Shown: one piece after another, positions 50,829-60,679 of the stretch | How positions within the stretch are numbered: position 1 is the first letter of the stretch | How the letters are laid out: each line of letters begins with the position of its first letter | The notes under the pieces: generated by a model | What the model saw: the letters and a program-made list of their open reading frames with translations, nothing else | Told to the model about the DNA's origin: nothing | Databases searched by the model: none | Program-made: the position numbers and the translations under genes | Assembly: GCA_963749495.1 (NCBI GenBank) | Contig: CAVVMW010000001.1 | Coordinates: forward strand, 608,001-672,000 | Origin: an uncultured bacterium | GTDB lineage: Bacteria; Verrucomicrobiota; Verrucomicrobiia; Limisphaerales; UBA8199 | Direction of reading: 5' to 3' | DNA length: 64,000 bases

Positions 50829-51772
50829 ACCAGTCCTTCGAGGATGGTCGAGAGCCGATCGAGGCTGCGCTCCATGTTCGCGCGGCCGAGCGACCGTTCG
50901 CTAGCGTCGCCGGGAAAGAGCAAATCCCACCCCTCGGCGGCCATCCAGACCTCGGCAGAGATCTCGCCGGGGTTGCCGCTGTTGCCGATCCGGGCGTGGC
51001 GGACGAAGAGGTCGGCGACCTGGACGGCGGCAACGATTCGAAGATCGCTCTCGGCCCGGCTGGGGTGATGATGGAAGCGGACGGACTGAATCGTGACGGA
51101 GGGCAGTTTATGGGCGCTCAGGTAACGCGCGCCCAGCTCGCAATGGTCGAAGCCGAGCACCTGGGTTTCGACCTTGAGCAGGTCTGCCTTCTCCTCGTGC
51201 ATCCGCGCCTGGATCTGCTCGAAATACTCGGGAAAGGCGGCGACCATGACGATCTTGCCGACATCGTGCAGGAGGCCGGCCACGTAATCGGCCTCATCGG
51301 AGCTGGGCTGGATGTCGCCGAGGGTTTCGCGGGTCATTATGGCCGTGGCAATGCAGTGGCGCCAAAACTCCCTCCAGGGAAACCGAATCCGGCCGGCCAT
51401 GCGCTGGAGGTCCTCGATGATGGGGGTCACCACCGCCAGCCGGCGGATCTGGCGCACCCCCAGATAAAACACCGCCTCCTCGATGCTGCTCACCGGCGTC
51501 GAGAGCCCGTAATAGACCGAGTTGACCAAGCGCAGCAGCCGGGTCGTCATGCTCGGGTCGCGCCGGATGACATCGGCCACCTGCGAGGTGTAACATTGCT
51601 CGGCATCGAGCAACTCGCGCAGGACGTTGTTGATGCACGCCAGCGACGGCAGACGCGGACAGGTCCCCAGCCGGCGTTCGACCTGGCCAGGGTCCAGTCG
51701 AGGCAACTGCGGTGGCGACTGCGGCGGCGTGACGAGAGTGTCCATAATCGGTACTGTCTGCTTATCGGCCAT
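50825..51772 (-). CDS. HDOD domain protein
   Basis: LPSL, DPSMTTRLLRLVNSVYYG, FWRH, AGLLHDVGK and FHHHP motifs. Confidence 0.92.
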   Translation of the reverse strand: MADKQTVPIMDTLVTPPQSPPQLPRLDPGQVERRLGTCPRLPSLACINNVLRELLDAEQCYTSQVADVIRRDPSMTTRLLRLVNSVYYGLSTPVSSIEEAVFYLGVRQIRRLAVVTPIIEDLQRMAGRIRFPWREFWRHCIATAIMTRETLGDIQPSSDEADYVAGLLHDVGKIVMVAAFPEYFEQIQARMHEEKADLLKVETQVLGFDHCELGARYLSAHKLPSVTIQSVRFHHHPSRAESDLRIVAAVQVADLFVRHARIGNSGNPGEISAEVWMAAEGWDLLFPGDASERSLGRANMERSLDRLSTILEGLV

Positions 51773-51854
51773 TGCGGGAAGAAGTTGAATGGGAAATTCC
51801 AGAAAGGGGCTGCACGCGCGTAATTAGAGCAACCCCAAAAGCTCTGAGTCCGGA

Positions 51855-51934
51855 CCTTTGTCGCAGCCTTTGTCGGGGCCTTTGTCGAAAAAGGGCCAAT
51901 CCGACAAAGGTCTCGACAAAGGCTGCGACAAAGG
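51855..51934. repeat. Inverted 12-mer arrays CTTTGTCG/CGACAAAG in a divergent promoter region
   Basis: Directly visible. Confidence 0.9.
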
Positions 51935-51998
51935 CCCGCAACCCGGGCCGCTGGTTTCCCCTCAAGTCGCAAGGCAAACTGCCGATGTAACCGGGGAC

Positions 51999-52207
51999 AT
52001 GATCGAAGACTTGGACGAACTGCTGACGGCAGCGGTGACCGAACTGTTCAGCACGATGCTCCAGGTGCAGATGGCCCGTGTGCCGGTCGAGGCCGCCGCC
52101 AGGAATGGCGAGCCGCACGTGGCCGGGGCCGCAGGGTTTGCCGGGCGGATAAGCGGGGTGGTGTATGGGCACAGCAGCGTCTGATTAAGGCCGGTGACGG
52201 CCGATGA
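51999..52207 (+). pseudogene. cheX: CheX-family phosphatase remnant
   Basis: AVTELFSTML...HVAGAAGFAGRISGVVY then a stop at 52184; the catalytic E-x-x-N region is absent. Confidence 0.65.
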
Positions 52208-53376
52208 AAGCGAACGAACCGGACCAGATTATGGGCCCGAAGATCCTCACTGTGGACGATAGCAAGACGAGCCGGATGACAGTGGCCCGGGCGTTCAGGG
52301 ACTTTGCCTGCGAGGTGCTGGAGGCCGCCGACGGGGTCGAGGGGTTGACGGTGGCCCAGCGCGAGCGGCCGGACGTCATCGTGCTCGACCTGACTATGCC
52401 GATCATGGATGGAGTCGAGATGCTGACCCGGCTCAAGAGCGATCCGGACCTGCGCTCGATCCCAGTGGTGATGCTCACCGCCGAGTCCGGGCGGGAGAAT
52501 GTGCTGCGCATCGCCAAGCTGGGCGTGCGCGATTACCTCATCAAGCCCTTCGAAGAGGAACTCATCGTCGAGCGGGTGGGGCGGATCATCGATTTGAAGG
52601 CCAAGAACGACGCCGCCGCTCGAGCCAAGGACATCGAGGCCCCCTTGCAGATCCTCGTAGTGGATGACAAACCGGCCATCGGCGAGCAAATCCGGGACTG
52701 CCTGGCGGCAACCCCCTGGAAGGTCTCGGCCGTCGGCCACCCGGGACAGGCCTTGCAGTTTTGCTGCGCCACCCTGCCCGATATCCTCCTGGTGAGCCTC
52801 TCCCTGCCTGGAGGGGCCGCGTTCAGCCTCTTCGAGATGCTTCGGGAGAGCAAACTCACCGAGGGGGTGCCGGTCCTGGCCCTGAGCATCAAGACGGCCA
52901 CCGAGCTGCACGCCCGCTCCCAGCAGCTCGGCTTCAACGGGCTGGTCACCAAGCCCATCGGCGCTGACGACCTGCAGTTCAAGATCACCCGCGCGCTCGG
53001 CCTCGACACCTCCCACAAGTACTTCCAACGCCGTGACAACCTCCTGGTCCTGACCTTGCCCCCGAATTTCCACGACCTGGACGCCAACGACATCGGCATT
53101 CACCTCCGCGAGGAGGTCTGCGAGGCGGTGGACGCCGGGCTGGCCCGGCTGCTGCTGGAGATGAGCCAGGTCAAAGCGGCCAATGTCACTCTGATCAAGC
53201 TCGGCCTCCAGGTCACCCAACTGTGCGGCGAAGCGGGGATGCGCTGCGTCATAATCGCCTCGGAGACCGTTTGCAGTTACTGCAAGAATTACGAAGAAAC
53301 CAAAGACTGGCAGTTTACCAACTCGTTCCAGGAGGCCTCGGCGGCACACAATGGCAAAGCAGTTTCCATGGCTTAA
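52204..53376 (+). CDS. Response regulator with two REC domains and a C-terminal STAS-like domain
   Basis: ILTVDD..LDLTMP..MLTA..KPF; second ILVVDD..KPI domain in which Ser replaces the phospho-Asp. Confidence 0.85.
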   Translation: MKANEPDQIMGPKILTVDDSKTSRMTVARAFRDFACEVLEAADGVEGLTVAQRERPDVIVLDLTMPIMDGVEMLTRLKSDPDLRSIPVVMLTAESGRENVLRIAKLGVRDYLIKPFEEELIVERVGRIIDLKAKNDAAARAKDIEAPLQILVVDDKPAIGEQIRDCLAATPWKVSAVGHPGQALQFCCATLPDILLVSLSLPGGAAFSLFEMLRESKLTEGVPVLALSIKTATELHARSQQLGFNGLVTKPIGADDLQFKITRALGLDTSHKYFQRRDNLLVLTLPPNFHDLDANDIGIHLREEVCEAVDAGLARLLLEMSQVKAANVTLIKLGLQVTQLCGEAGMRCVIIASETVCSYCKNYEETKDWQFTNSFQEASAAHNGKAVSMA

Positions 53377-53875
53377 GCAGACCGGCCTGGCGCTCTGTGC
53401 CTGCGGGCTGGGCGCCTCGGCGGTCTTGGCTGCGCGAGCTTCGGGACCCATTGCCGGGTCCCGGCCCTACCTGCTTGTCACCGGCCCGGCTCCACTGCGT
53501 TTTCAGGCCCCCCACCCCCTCGTCCGGGCCACTCTGCCCCCGCTGCCGCCGGCCAATCCCAACCCCGGCCCGCCCGCCTCCCTCACCAACTCAACTCCGC
53601 CCCCGGCTGCCACGGCGACCGCCACCAATCGCGTCTCCACTCGCCCGGCCGCGACGGTCATCTCCTCTTCGCCAACCCTCGACCCGGCCTTGCCCCTGCC
53701 TCTGCCGGAGGACCGAAACCCGGAGGTTACCCCTGCCATCGACCCCCAGCTCCTGCTCGAGTACCTGGCGCCGGTCTCGACCAATGGCCCGCCCAGGGCA
53801 GGGTTGTCTTACCCGCCGTTCGTCCCCCCAGTGGCCCCTCGCCCTTCCAGCCGGGCCACCTACGAGAGCCGATGA
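53351..53875 (+). CDS. Exported proline-rich hypothetical protein
   Basis: Signal-like N-terminus; YL..GPAPLRF; ends SSRATY. Confidence 0.6.
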   Translation: MAKQFPWLKQTGLALCACGLGASAVLAARASGPIAGSRPYLLVTGPAPLRFQAPHPLVRATLPPLPPANPNPGPPASLTNSTPPPAATATATNRVSTRPAATVISSSPTLDPALPLPLPEDRNPEVTPAIDPQLLLEYLAPVSTNGPPRAGLSYPPFVPPVAPRPSSRATYESR

Positions 53876-53961
53876 CATGGGAAAACGTGAAACGTGAAAC
53901 GTGAAACGTGAAACGTGAACCTTGAACCCTGAACCCTGAACGGTCAACCTACGAGAGCCGA
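53858..53961. mobile_element. Heptamer array (AAACGTG)n(GAACCCT)n flanked by a 15-bp direct repeat
   Basis: ACCTACGAGAGCCGA at 53858-53872 and 53947-53961; the insert has TGAC...GTCA ends. Confidence 0.75.
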
Positions 53962-53970
53962 GGAAATAAA

Positions 53971-55422
53971 GTGAAACCGGGCGTTTGTCACAAAAACTGC
54001 CTGAGAATGCCGGGTGTGGACCGGCCCCGCCCCGATCGCTGCGGGCGCATCAGCTCCCCTCTTCGTTTCCTTGGTTTCCTTCTGTTTTTTCCCTGTGCGA
54101 TGGCCCTCTTTTGTGTTGCCCAGGCCGCCGCCGGGCGCTCGGACCCCCCGCCGCCCTCGGCCCCGGCCTCCTCGCCAATCCCGCCCAGGTACAGCCTCAC
54201 AAACACCTTGAAGGCAGCGGCCACGGGCGGGACCAATGACACCGTTGCCGCGGCTTGGAGCTTCTTCACCGCCAGCAACACGCCGCCCCGGAGTGACCCG
54301 CCATCCACTTTTCAGGGCCGGCTCGAGATGGCTCGTCACCTGCGCCTGATCCGCCAATCCACCGAGGCGGCGGCGATTTGTGTCGAACTGGTCCAAAGCC
54401 AGGCGCCCGCCAAGGTGCAACGGGCGGCCATGCTCGAGTTGGCCCAGATCGCCCTGGAGGAGAACAACCTGCCTCGGGCGCTCCAAGTCTATGCCCAGTG
54501 CCTGGTCCACTGGCCGCGCGACCCGGGCGTGCCGGAGTTGCTCCTGCGCCAGGGCCTGGTCTATCGCAAGATGGGCCTGCCCGCCCTGGCCGTCGGGAAG
54601 TTCTACTCCGTCATGACCACTGCCCTGATGCTCAAGCCCGAGCGCCTGGACTACTACAAGCAACTGGTCGAACTGGCCCAATACGAGATTGCCGAGACAC
54701 ACTACGAACTGGGCGACTATGAGGATGCGGCGGGCTCATTCGACCGGTTGCTCAGGTCGGACTCCCCGCCGGTCAACCGCAGTTTGACTCACTACCAGTA
54801 TATTCATTGCCTGGCGGCACTGGGCCGTTCGGGCCAGGCGGCCCAGCAAGCGCAAGAGTTCCTTCGACGATTCCCCGTTGCCCCCGAGCGGCCCGAGGTG
54901 CAGTTCGTGTGCGCCGCCTCTCTCAAGGAGGCCCGCCACGACGGCGAGGCCCTGCGCCAGGTGCTGAGCCTGCTCGAGGAACAACACACCAACGCCGCTC
55001 CCGACCCGGAGACCCTCGCCTACTGGCAACGCCGCGCCGGAAACCAACTGGCCAACTCCTTCTACCTCGACGGCGACTGCGCCAAGGCCCTGGACATCTA
55101 CCTTTGCCTGGCCGCCCTGGACACCACCCCGGAATGGCAACTGCCCGTTTGGTACCAAATCGCCCTGGTCTTCGAGCGCCTCCGCCAGCCGCCCAAGGCC
55201 ATCGAGTATCTCCAAAGGGTCCTGAGCCGCGAAAAGGAGCTGCCCCCAAACGCCCCCGCCAGCCTCAAGACCGTCATCGAGATGGCCAAGTGGCGCAACG
55301 ACTTCCTGACCTGGCACACCAACGCCGAAGCGACGAGCCTGGAGTTGCGCCATACGCTCTCCGGCTCCCCCAAGACCAATGCAACCGACCACCTCCCCCC
55401 AACCACAGCCAGCCACCCGTAG
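53971..55422 (+). CDS. TPR-repeat protein (start uncertain, possibly 54100)
   Basis: Multiple TPR-like helical repeats. Confidence 0.8.
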   Translation: MKPGVCHKNCLRMPGVDRPRPDRCGRISSPLRFLGFLLFFPCAMALFCVAQAAAGRSDPPPPSAPASSPIPPRYSLTNTLKAAATGGTNDTVAAAWSFFTASNTPPRSDPPSTFQGRLEMARHLRLIRQSTEAAAICVELVQSQAPAKVQRAAMLELAQIALEENNLPRALQVYAQCLVHWPRDPGVPELLLRQGLVYRKMGLPALAVGKFYSVMTTALMLKPERLDYYKQLVELAQYEIAETHYELGDYEDAAGSFDRLLRSDSPPVNRSLTHYQYIHCLAALGRSGQAAQQAQEFLRRFPVAPERPEVQFVCAASLKEARHDGEALRQVLSLLEEQHTNAAPDPETLAYWQRRAGNQLANSFYLDGDCAKALDIYLCLAALDTTPEWQLPVWYQIALVFERLRQPPKAIEYLQRVLSREKELPPNAPASLKTVIEMAKWRNDFLTWHTNAEATSLELRHTLSGSPKTNATDHLPPTTASHP

Positions 55423-55852
55423 CCCTGCCCTGGCGCCCTGCCTCGACCAAATGACTGACGCCTTGCGGGAGCACCTGGGGGTCTGCAACGCCCTGCTCGA
55501 ACTGGCCCACAAACAGGCCGAGGCCTTGAAAAACTCCGCCCCGTACCCGGCGCTGGCCATCCAGGTCGAAAGAAAAGCCTTGCTAAGCCGGCTCGAATGC
55601 GCTTTAAAGTGCCTTGTTCAGAAACGTGCTCTGTGGAGCAGTTCCGGCGTCCAAACAGCCAAGGCTGACCCTCGGCTGGCCCGGCTCCTCCAGACGGCTC
55701 TGGACACAGTTATGCGCGTACTGGTGCTCGACCGGGAAAACGAACAGCAACTCCTGCGACGGGGCCTGCTCCCAGCCCGGTGCCTGCCGCCGGCTGCCCA
55801 AAGCCGCCCTCATTACGTGGCCGCTCTCTACCAGCGCCACACCCGGACTTAA
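55379..55852 (+). CDS. Helical hypothetical protein, FlgN-like
   Basis: All-helical, ends VLDRENEQQLLRRGL; sits in a flagellar-type regulatory context. Confidence 0.5.
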   Translation: MQPTTSPQPQPATRSPALAPCLDQMTDALREHLGVCNALLELAHKQAEALKNSAPYPALAIQVERKALLSRLECALKCLVQKRALWSSSGVQTAKADPRLARLLQTALDTVMRVLVLDRENEQQLLRRGLLPARCLPPAAQSRPHYVAALYQRHTRT

Positions 55853-55862
55853 GCGTCCCATT

Positions 55863-57344
55863 ATGTCCATCGAGAAAGTGATCGTGGTCGAGGACGAACT
55901 GATCGAGCGTCGCAACCTCGAGGCCCAGTTGCGGCAACGGCGCTGCGATGTGTTGGCCGTTGCCAATCTGGCCGGCGCCAGGGAAGGCCTGGCCAAAGAT
56001 ACCTTCGACCTGGTCTTTTTGGATGTCGGCCTGCCCGATGGCAAGGGCACCGACCTGCTCAAGGAACTTTACCAGCGCCCCCAGCGGCCGCTGGTCGTCG
56101 TGATCACCGGCGCGGGCTCGATCGCCTCGGCCGTGGATTGCATGCGCAACGGCGCTTTTGATTACCTCACCAAGCCCTTCGGCGAGGATCAGATCGACAT
56201 CCTCCTCAAGAAGGCGGATGACTTTTCACGAATCGTTCGCGTCAACCAGTTTCTGAGCAAGGAGACCGAGACCGGCTGGGAGTTGCTCGGCAACAGCCCC
56301 GCCATCGAGCAATTGCGCCTCTTGATCCGGCAAATCGCCCGCACCCAGGCCACCGTCCTCATCCAGGGCGAGAGCGGCACCGGCAAAGAACTGGTCGCCC
56401 GCGCCCTGCACAAGGAAAGCCCCCGCGCCTCCGCCCCGCTTATCAAGGTCAATTGCCCCGCCATCCCGGACAACCTCATCGAGAGCGAGTTCTTCGGACA
56501 CGAGAAAGGGGCCTTCACCGGCGCGCTCAACAAGCGCGAGGGCCGCTTCGAGCTGGCCCACAACGGCACCATTCTCCTGGACGAGATCAGCGAGATTTCC
56601 CCCAGCCTCCAGGCCAAGCTCCTGCGCGTCCTCCAGGAACGCGAATTCGAGCGTGTCGGCGGCTCCCGCACCATCAAGGTCGATGTCCGCGTCATCGCCA
56701 CCACCAACCGCCGGCTCGAACAGGCCGTCCAGCGCAAAGAGTTCCGCGAGGACCTCTTCTTCCGCATCAACGTCGTCCCCATCCATGTCCCCCCTTTGCG
56801 TGACCGGCGCGAGGACATCCTCTTCCTGGCCGACCATTTCCTGCGCTGGTTCGCCCGCAAGCACGGCTGCTCCGCCCAGCGCCTCTCCGACTCCTGCCTC
56901 GGCATCCTCACCGGCCACCCCTGGCCGGGAAACGTGCGCGAACTCCAGAACGTCATCGAGCGCGCCGTCATCCTCACCGGCGACTCCCGCGTGATCGAGC
57001 CGGCCCACCTCGCTCTGAGCGTCCTCACGGCCCAGCCTCCGGCCCCGGAGCCCGCCCCGGCTCCATCTCAAACCCCGGCCCCGGCCTGCGCCAGCCCCGC
57101 CCCGCCTCCCCCTGCGCCGGCCCCGGCCGCCCCGGCCCAATCACCCGACGTCTTCCCCCCGCTGCACGAACTGGAAAAGCGCCACATCTTCGCCGCCCTC
57201 GAACATTCCAAAAACAACCGTACCCAGGCCGCGCGACTCCTCGGCATTAGCGTCCGCACCCTCCGCAACAAGCTCAACGAATACAGTGGCAGCCAGGACG
57301 CTGAAGAGACCGAGGACCCGCAGGGGACCCTCCACCTGGCTTAA
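55863..57344 (+). CDS. Sigma54-dependent response regulator (NtrC/FlrC-like)
   Basis: REC domain, GESGTGKE, GAFTGA, LLDEI, WPGNVREL and a Fis HTH. Confidence 0.97.
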   Translation: MSIEKVIVVEDELIERRNLEAQLRQRRCDVLAVANLAGAREGLAKDTFDLVFLDVGLPDGKGTDLLKELYQRPQRPLVVVITGAGSIASAVDCMRNGAFDYLTKPFGEDQIDILLKKADDFSRIVRVNQFLSKETETGWELLGNSPAIEQLRLLIRQIARTQATVLIQGESGTGKELVARALHKESPRASAPLIKVNCPAIPDNLIESEFFGHEKGAFTGALNKREGRFELAHNGTILLDEISEISPSLQAKLLRVLQEREFERVGGSRTIKVDVRVIATTNRRLEQAVQRKEFREDLFFRINVVPIHVPPLRDRREDILFLADHFLRWFARKHGCSAQRLSDSCLGILTGHPWPGNVRELQNVIERAVILTGDSRVIEPAHLALSVLTAQPPAPEPAPAPSQTPAPACASPAPPPPAPAPAAPAQSPDVFPPLHELEKRHIFAALEHSKNNRTQAARLLGISVRTLRNKLNEYSGSQDAEETEDPQGTLHLA

Positions 57345-57354
57345 ATGTCTCTCC

Positions 57355-57732
57355 CTACGGCACCCGGGTCACCGTCACCGCCACCAGGCCAAGATCGGTT
57401 TGAGCGATCTTCTCGAACGCGGCGCGTCCCAGGTCAATGATGCGGCCGTCCCGGACCAGTTCCGCCGCCGGGCCGCGATCCGTGATGGTTACCAGGACAC
57501 TCCGGCGGTGCCCCGAAGCCGATTTGACGCTCACACGGACTTTGGCGCCCAGTGGGTAAAACCAGGAGGCCGCCGTGAGCTTGTCCGGATCGAATTTCTT
57601 TCCATTGGCCATCAGCCTGCCCCGATGATCCTCCCCATACCATGAAGCCAGCCCCTGCTTAGGCCTCGCACCTGCCGCGACCCGGCCCGCACTCACCAGG
57701 AGCAGGACCGCCCAAAGCAGAACGGTTCTCAT
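57355..57732 (-). CDS. rlpA: RlpA-like double-psi beta-barrel lytic transglycosylase
   Basis: ASWYG, TAAS, ITDRGP and RIIDL motifs. Confidence 0.88.
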   Translation of the reverse strand: MRTVLLWAVLLLVSAGRVAAGARPKQGLASWYGEDHRGRLMANGKKFDPDKLTAASWFYPLGAKVRVSVKSASGHRRSVLVTITDRGPAAELVRDGRIIDLGRAAFEKIAQTDLGLVAVTVTRVP

Positions 57733-57915
57733 TTAGCCACCTCATCGGTTGTCGTGTTGCGTTTCTGTGTTCTGGGAGACAGTGGAACATCGGAAAGGCT
57801 GAAAACGCGCGATCGATAAGCGGCTAATGGGAAAACTCAGAAGGGAAAAATCAGAAATCGTTGCGCCCGTCCCGGACCGGACCACTCGACACGGCTTAGC
57901 TTGTCTGGCTGGCAC

Positions 57916-57932
57916 TGCGCAACTCACGCCAA
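57916..57932 (-). promoter_or_regulatory. Possible sigma54 -24/-12 promoter upstream of rlpA
   Basis: TTGGCGTGAGTTGCGCA fits GG-N10-GC; weak match. Confidence 0.25.
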
Positions 57933-58042
57933 CAAGTTACCCGGAGGGCCAGATCCCAAGAAATAGGGTCTTTACCCCAGCGAAAGCCCTATTGGGAAGC
58001 GTTTACTCTTGCGCAATCCCTGTCAGACGGTAGGCTTGGCGC

Positions 58043-58240
58043 ATGCACCGGACAATGAGAAGTGGAGTGGCCAAGCGTGGTCAAAGGGCGGCCCCCTCCA
58101 AGAGGGGAGAAGTCCGAACCCCTGACAGCCCGTGGAAGGCCTACGCCGGAATTTGGCGCCAGAACCCGGATTGGGAGGCCTTCTTGAAGGAGCTTGAAGA
58201 GGGGCGTCGTGAGGCGGATATGGCCGAGACGGGACCCTAG
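58043..58240 (+). CDS. Small antitoxin-like protein followed by a possible aborted PIN start (MWALE, 58243)
   Basis: PWKAYAGIWRQNPDWEAF..E..RRE pattern. Confidence 0.5.
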   Translation: MHRTMRSGVAKRGQRAAPSKRGEVRTPDSPWKAYAGIWRQNPDWEAFLKELEEGRREADMAETGP

Positions 58241-58321
58241 CGATGTGGGCTCTGGAGTGTCACGAAACCGGGCGGATTTCGGCCCTGTCGCGGGGCTCAG
58301 GCTGGAGGACTGGTCAGCTTA

Positions 58322-59597
58322 GTACCCGTTTTCATAAATACACTAACGTATTTTGTTGCTGACTTTCCCGGTTTCACATAGAATAGCGCCGCATTGAACG
58401 GTACTATTCTATGCCTAGAAAAAGCCCATTCTCTATCACGCTGACCCCGGGTGAACTGCGCGAACTGGAACGAAGAGCGGCGAAATATACGTTACCGTAT
58501 TTCGAGGTCCTCCGGGCTAAAATGATCCTTATGGCGGCTGAGGGTCTGGCCAACGACGATATTGCTGCTCGCCTGGATACCCGCCGAGAAGTCGTCAGTG
58601 ACTGGCGTAAGCGCTTCTTCCATGAGCGCTTGCGCGGGCTGGAGGAACTCCCCCGCCCGGGTCGGCCCCGGGTTTTTCCCCCCAGAACTGGTCGTGCAGG
58701 TTAAGGCTCTGGCTTGCGAACTACCTCGTCAGCGAGGCCTACCCTTGTCGCGTTGGAGCCTCGCCGAACTAACCGAAGAGGTTTGCCAGTCCGGGCTGGT
58801 CGCCCACATCAGCGACACCACGCTCTGGCGTTGGTTGCACCAGGACGCCATCCGGCCTTGGTTTCACCGCTGTTGGATCTTCCCGCGCGACCCGGCCTTC
58901 GCCCTCAAAGCCGGGCGCCTGCTCGACCTCTACGAGCGGGTATGGGACGGGCACCCTTTGCACGAGGACGAGTTCGTGCTCTCGGCCGATGAAAAGACCA
59001 GCATTCAAGCCCGGGACCGTATTCACCCGACTCGACCGCCACGGCCTGGCCAACCGATGAAGGTGGAGCATGAGTACGCACGCAGGGGAGCCCGCACTTA
59101 CCTGGCGGCCCTGGATGTGCATCACGCCAAAGTCTTTGGCTGTTGCGAACTCCACAGCGGAATCGCGCCTTTTGATCGGCTGGTCGACCGCGTGATGACC
59201 CAACCGCCTTACTCCCAAGCTCGCCGGGTCTTTTGGATCGTGGACAACGGCTCCTCCCACCGGGGCCTTCCCAGCGTGAGGCGCTTGCAGCAGCGTTATC
59301 CGCGCCTCCAACTGGTCCATGGCCCAGTTCACGCCAGTTGGCTGAACCAGATCGAGGTCTACTTTTCCATTATCGAGCGCAAAGTCCTGACGCCAAACGA
59401 CTTCGGCTCCCTGGACGAGATGGCGCATGCGCTTTGGCAGTTTGAGCGCCATTTCGAGACGCTCGCTCGACCGTTCCAGTGGAAATTCACCCGTCGAGAC
59501 CTGGACCAACTCCTCCTCAAATTAGCTCCCGAACAAGCCACCGCGCTGCCTCAAGCCGCCTGAGAAAATACGTGACCGAATTTATGAAGTGGCGTAC
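58322..59597 (+). mobile_element. IS630 family insertion sequence
   Basis: Imperfect TIRs GTACCCGTTTTCATAAAT / ATTTATGAAGTGGCGTAC; TTA on both sides. Confidence 0.9.
58411..59563 (+). CDS. IS630 transposase, split into two frames at T5C6 (58673-58683)
   Basis: HTH with RPGRP; DDE motifs ADEK, VDNGSSH and SWLNQIE. Confidence 0.92.
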
Positions 59598-59764
59598 TTA
59601 GCCTTCACCGAGTCTCGCGATGCGGGCGGTTGCGCCAGCGGAGGCTCCTGGTCGCGGCGAAACCAGCCCCGTTGCGTCAGGCGGAGTTCGCTGCAATGCG
59701 GCAAGTCCAGCAGCTTTTTCTGTAACAAAACGCCCATAACGCTTAACCTGGCTATGGAAATCAC

Positions 59765-60508
59765 GTGCCGGATTCCGCTCAGACAGGCGCGGCCCCATCG
59801 ATGTTCCTCACGACACATTGGTCGGTGGTGCTGGCGGCCAAAGACAAGTCGTCGCCAGCCTCGGCGGCGGCCCTGGAGGCCCTTTGCCAGGCCTACTGGT
59901 ATCCGCTCTATGCCTTTGTGCGGCGGCAGGGGCACTCTCCGAGCGACGCCGAGGACTTGACCCAGGAATTCTTCGCGCGGCTGCTCCAGAAGGAATATCT
60001 CCGGGCGGCGGACCGCGAGAAAGGCCGCTTCCGCACCTTCCTGCGGGTCGCCCTCAAGCGGTTCCTGGCCAATGAATGGGACCGCGCGCGGCGGCTCAAA
60101 CGCGGCGGCGGGCGCGCACCCGTCCCGCTCGATGCCACGATGGCCGAGCAACGCTACCAGGCGGAGCGAAGTGACGCGCTGCCGCCCGACCGCCTCTACG
60201 AGCGGCGTTGGGCCAGGGCGCTGCTCGAAGTCGCGCTCGCGCGGTTGCGAGCGGAATACACAGTCGCGGGCAAAACGGCCGAGTTCGACCGGCTCAAAGG
60301 CGCTCTCACCGCCGAGCGGGGCGGCATTGCCTATCGCAACCTGGCCGCGGCCCTGGGCCTGAACGAGGGGGCGGCGCGGGTGGCGGTACACCGGTTGCGG
60401 AAACGGTTTCGCAACCTGTTCCGCGCTACGGTGGCCGAGACCGTCTCCGCGCCCGAGGACGTGGAGGATGAGTTGCGATACCTGGCCGGGTTGCTGGGGG
60501 AGGCCTGA
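59765..60508 (+). CDS. ECF sigma-70 factor (kinase-associated type)
   Basis: FLTTHWSVV, YWYPLYAFVRR, DAEDLTQEFF and VAVHRLRKR motifs. Confidence 0.92.
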   Translation: MPDSAQTGAAPSMFLTTHWSVVLAAKDKSSPASAAALEALCQAYWYPLYAFVRRQGHSPSDAEDLTQEFFARLLQKEYLRAADREKGRFRTFLRVALKRFLANEWDRARRLKRGGGRAPVPLDATMAEQRYQAERSDALPPDRLYERRWARALLEVALARLRAEYTVAGKTAEFDRLKGALTAERGGIAYRNLAAALGLNEGAARVAVHRLRKRFRNLFRATVAETVSAPEDVEDELRYLAGLLGEA

Positions 60509-60679
60509 TGCGCGGCAATGCGTGTACTGAGGGGTGCAAGGCGTATGACACATTGGGACGGTCAGTGGTCGTCTCCCTCTCCCCATCGGATGGGGAAAGG
60601 GCCGGGGTGAGGGCTCGGATTGTGTGGCCGGTCCCGCTTCCCACAGTGTAACAAACTCCGGCCGATGCTTAACCAGGGG

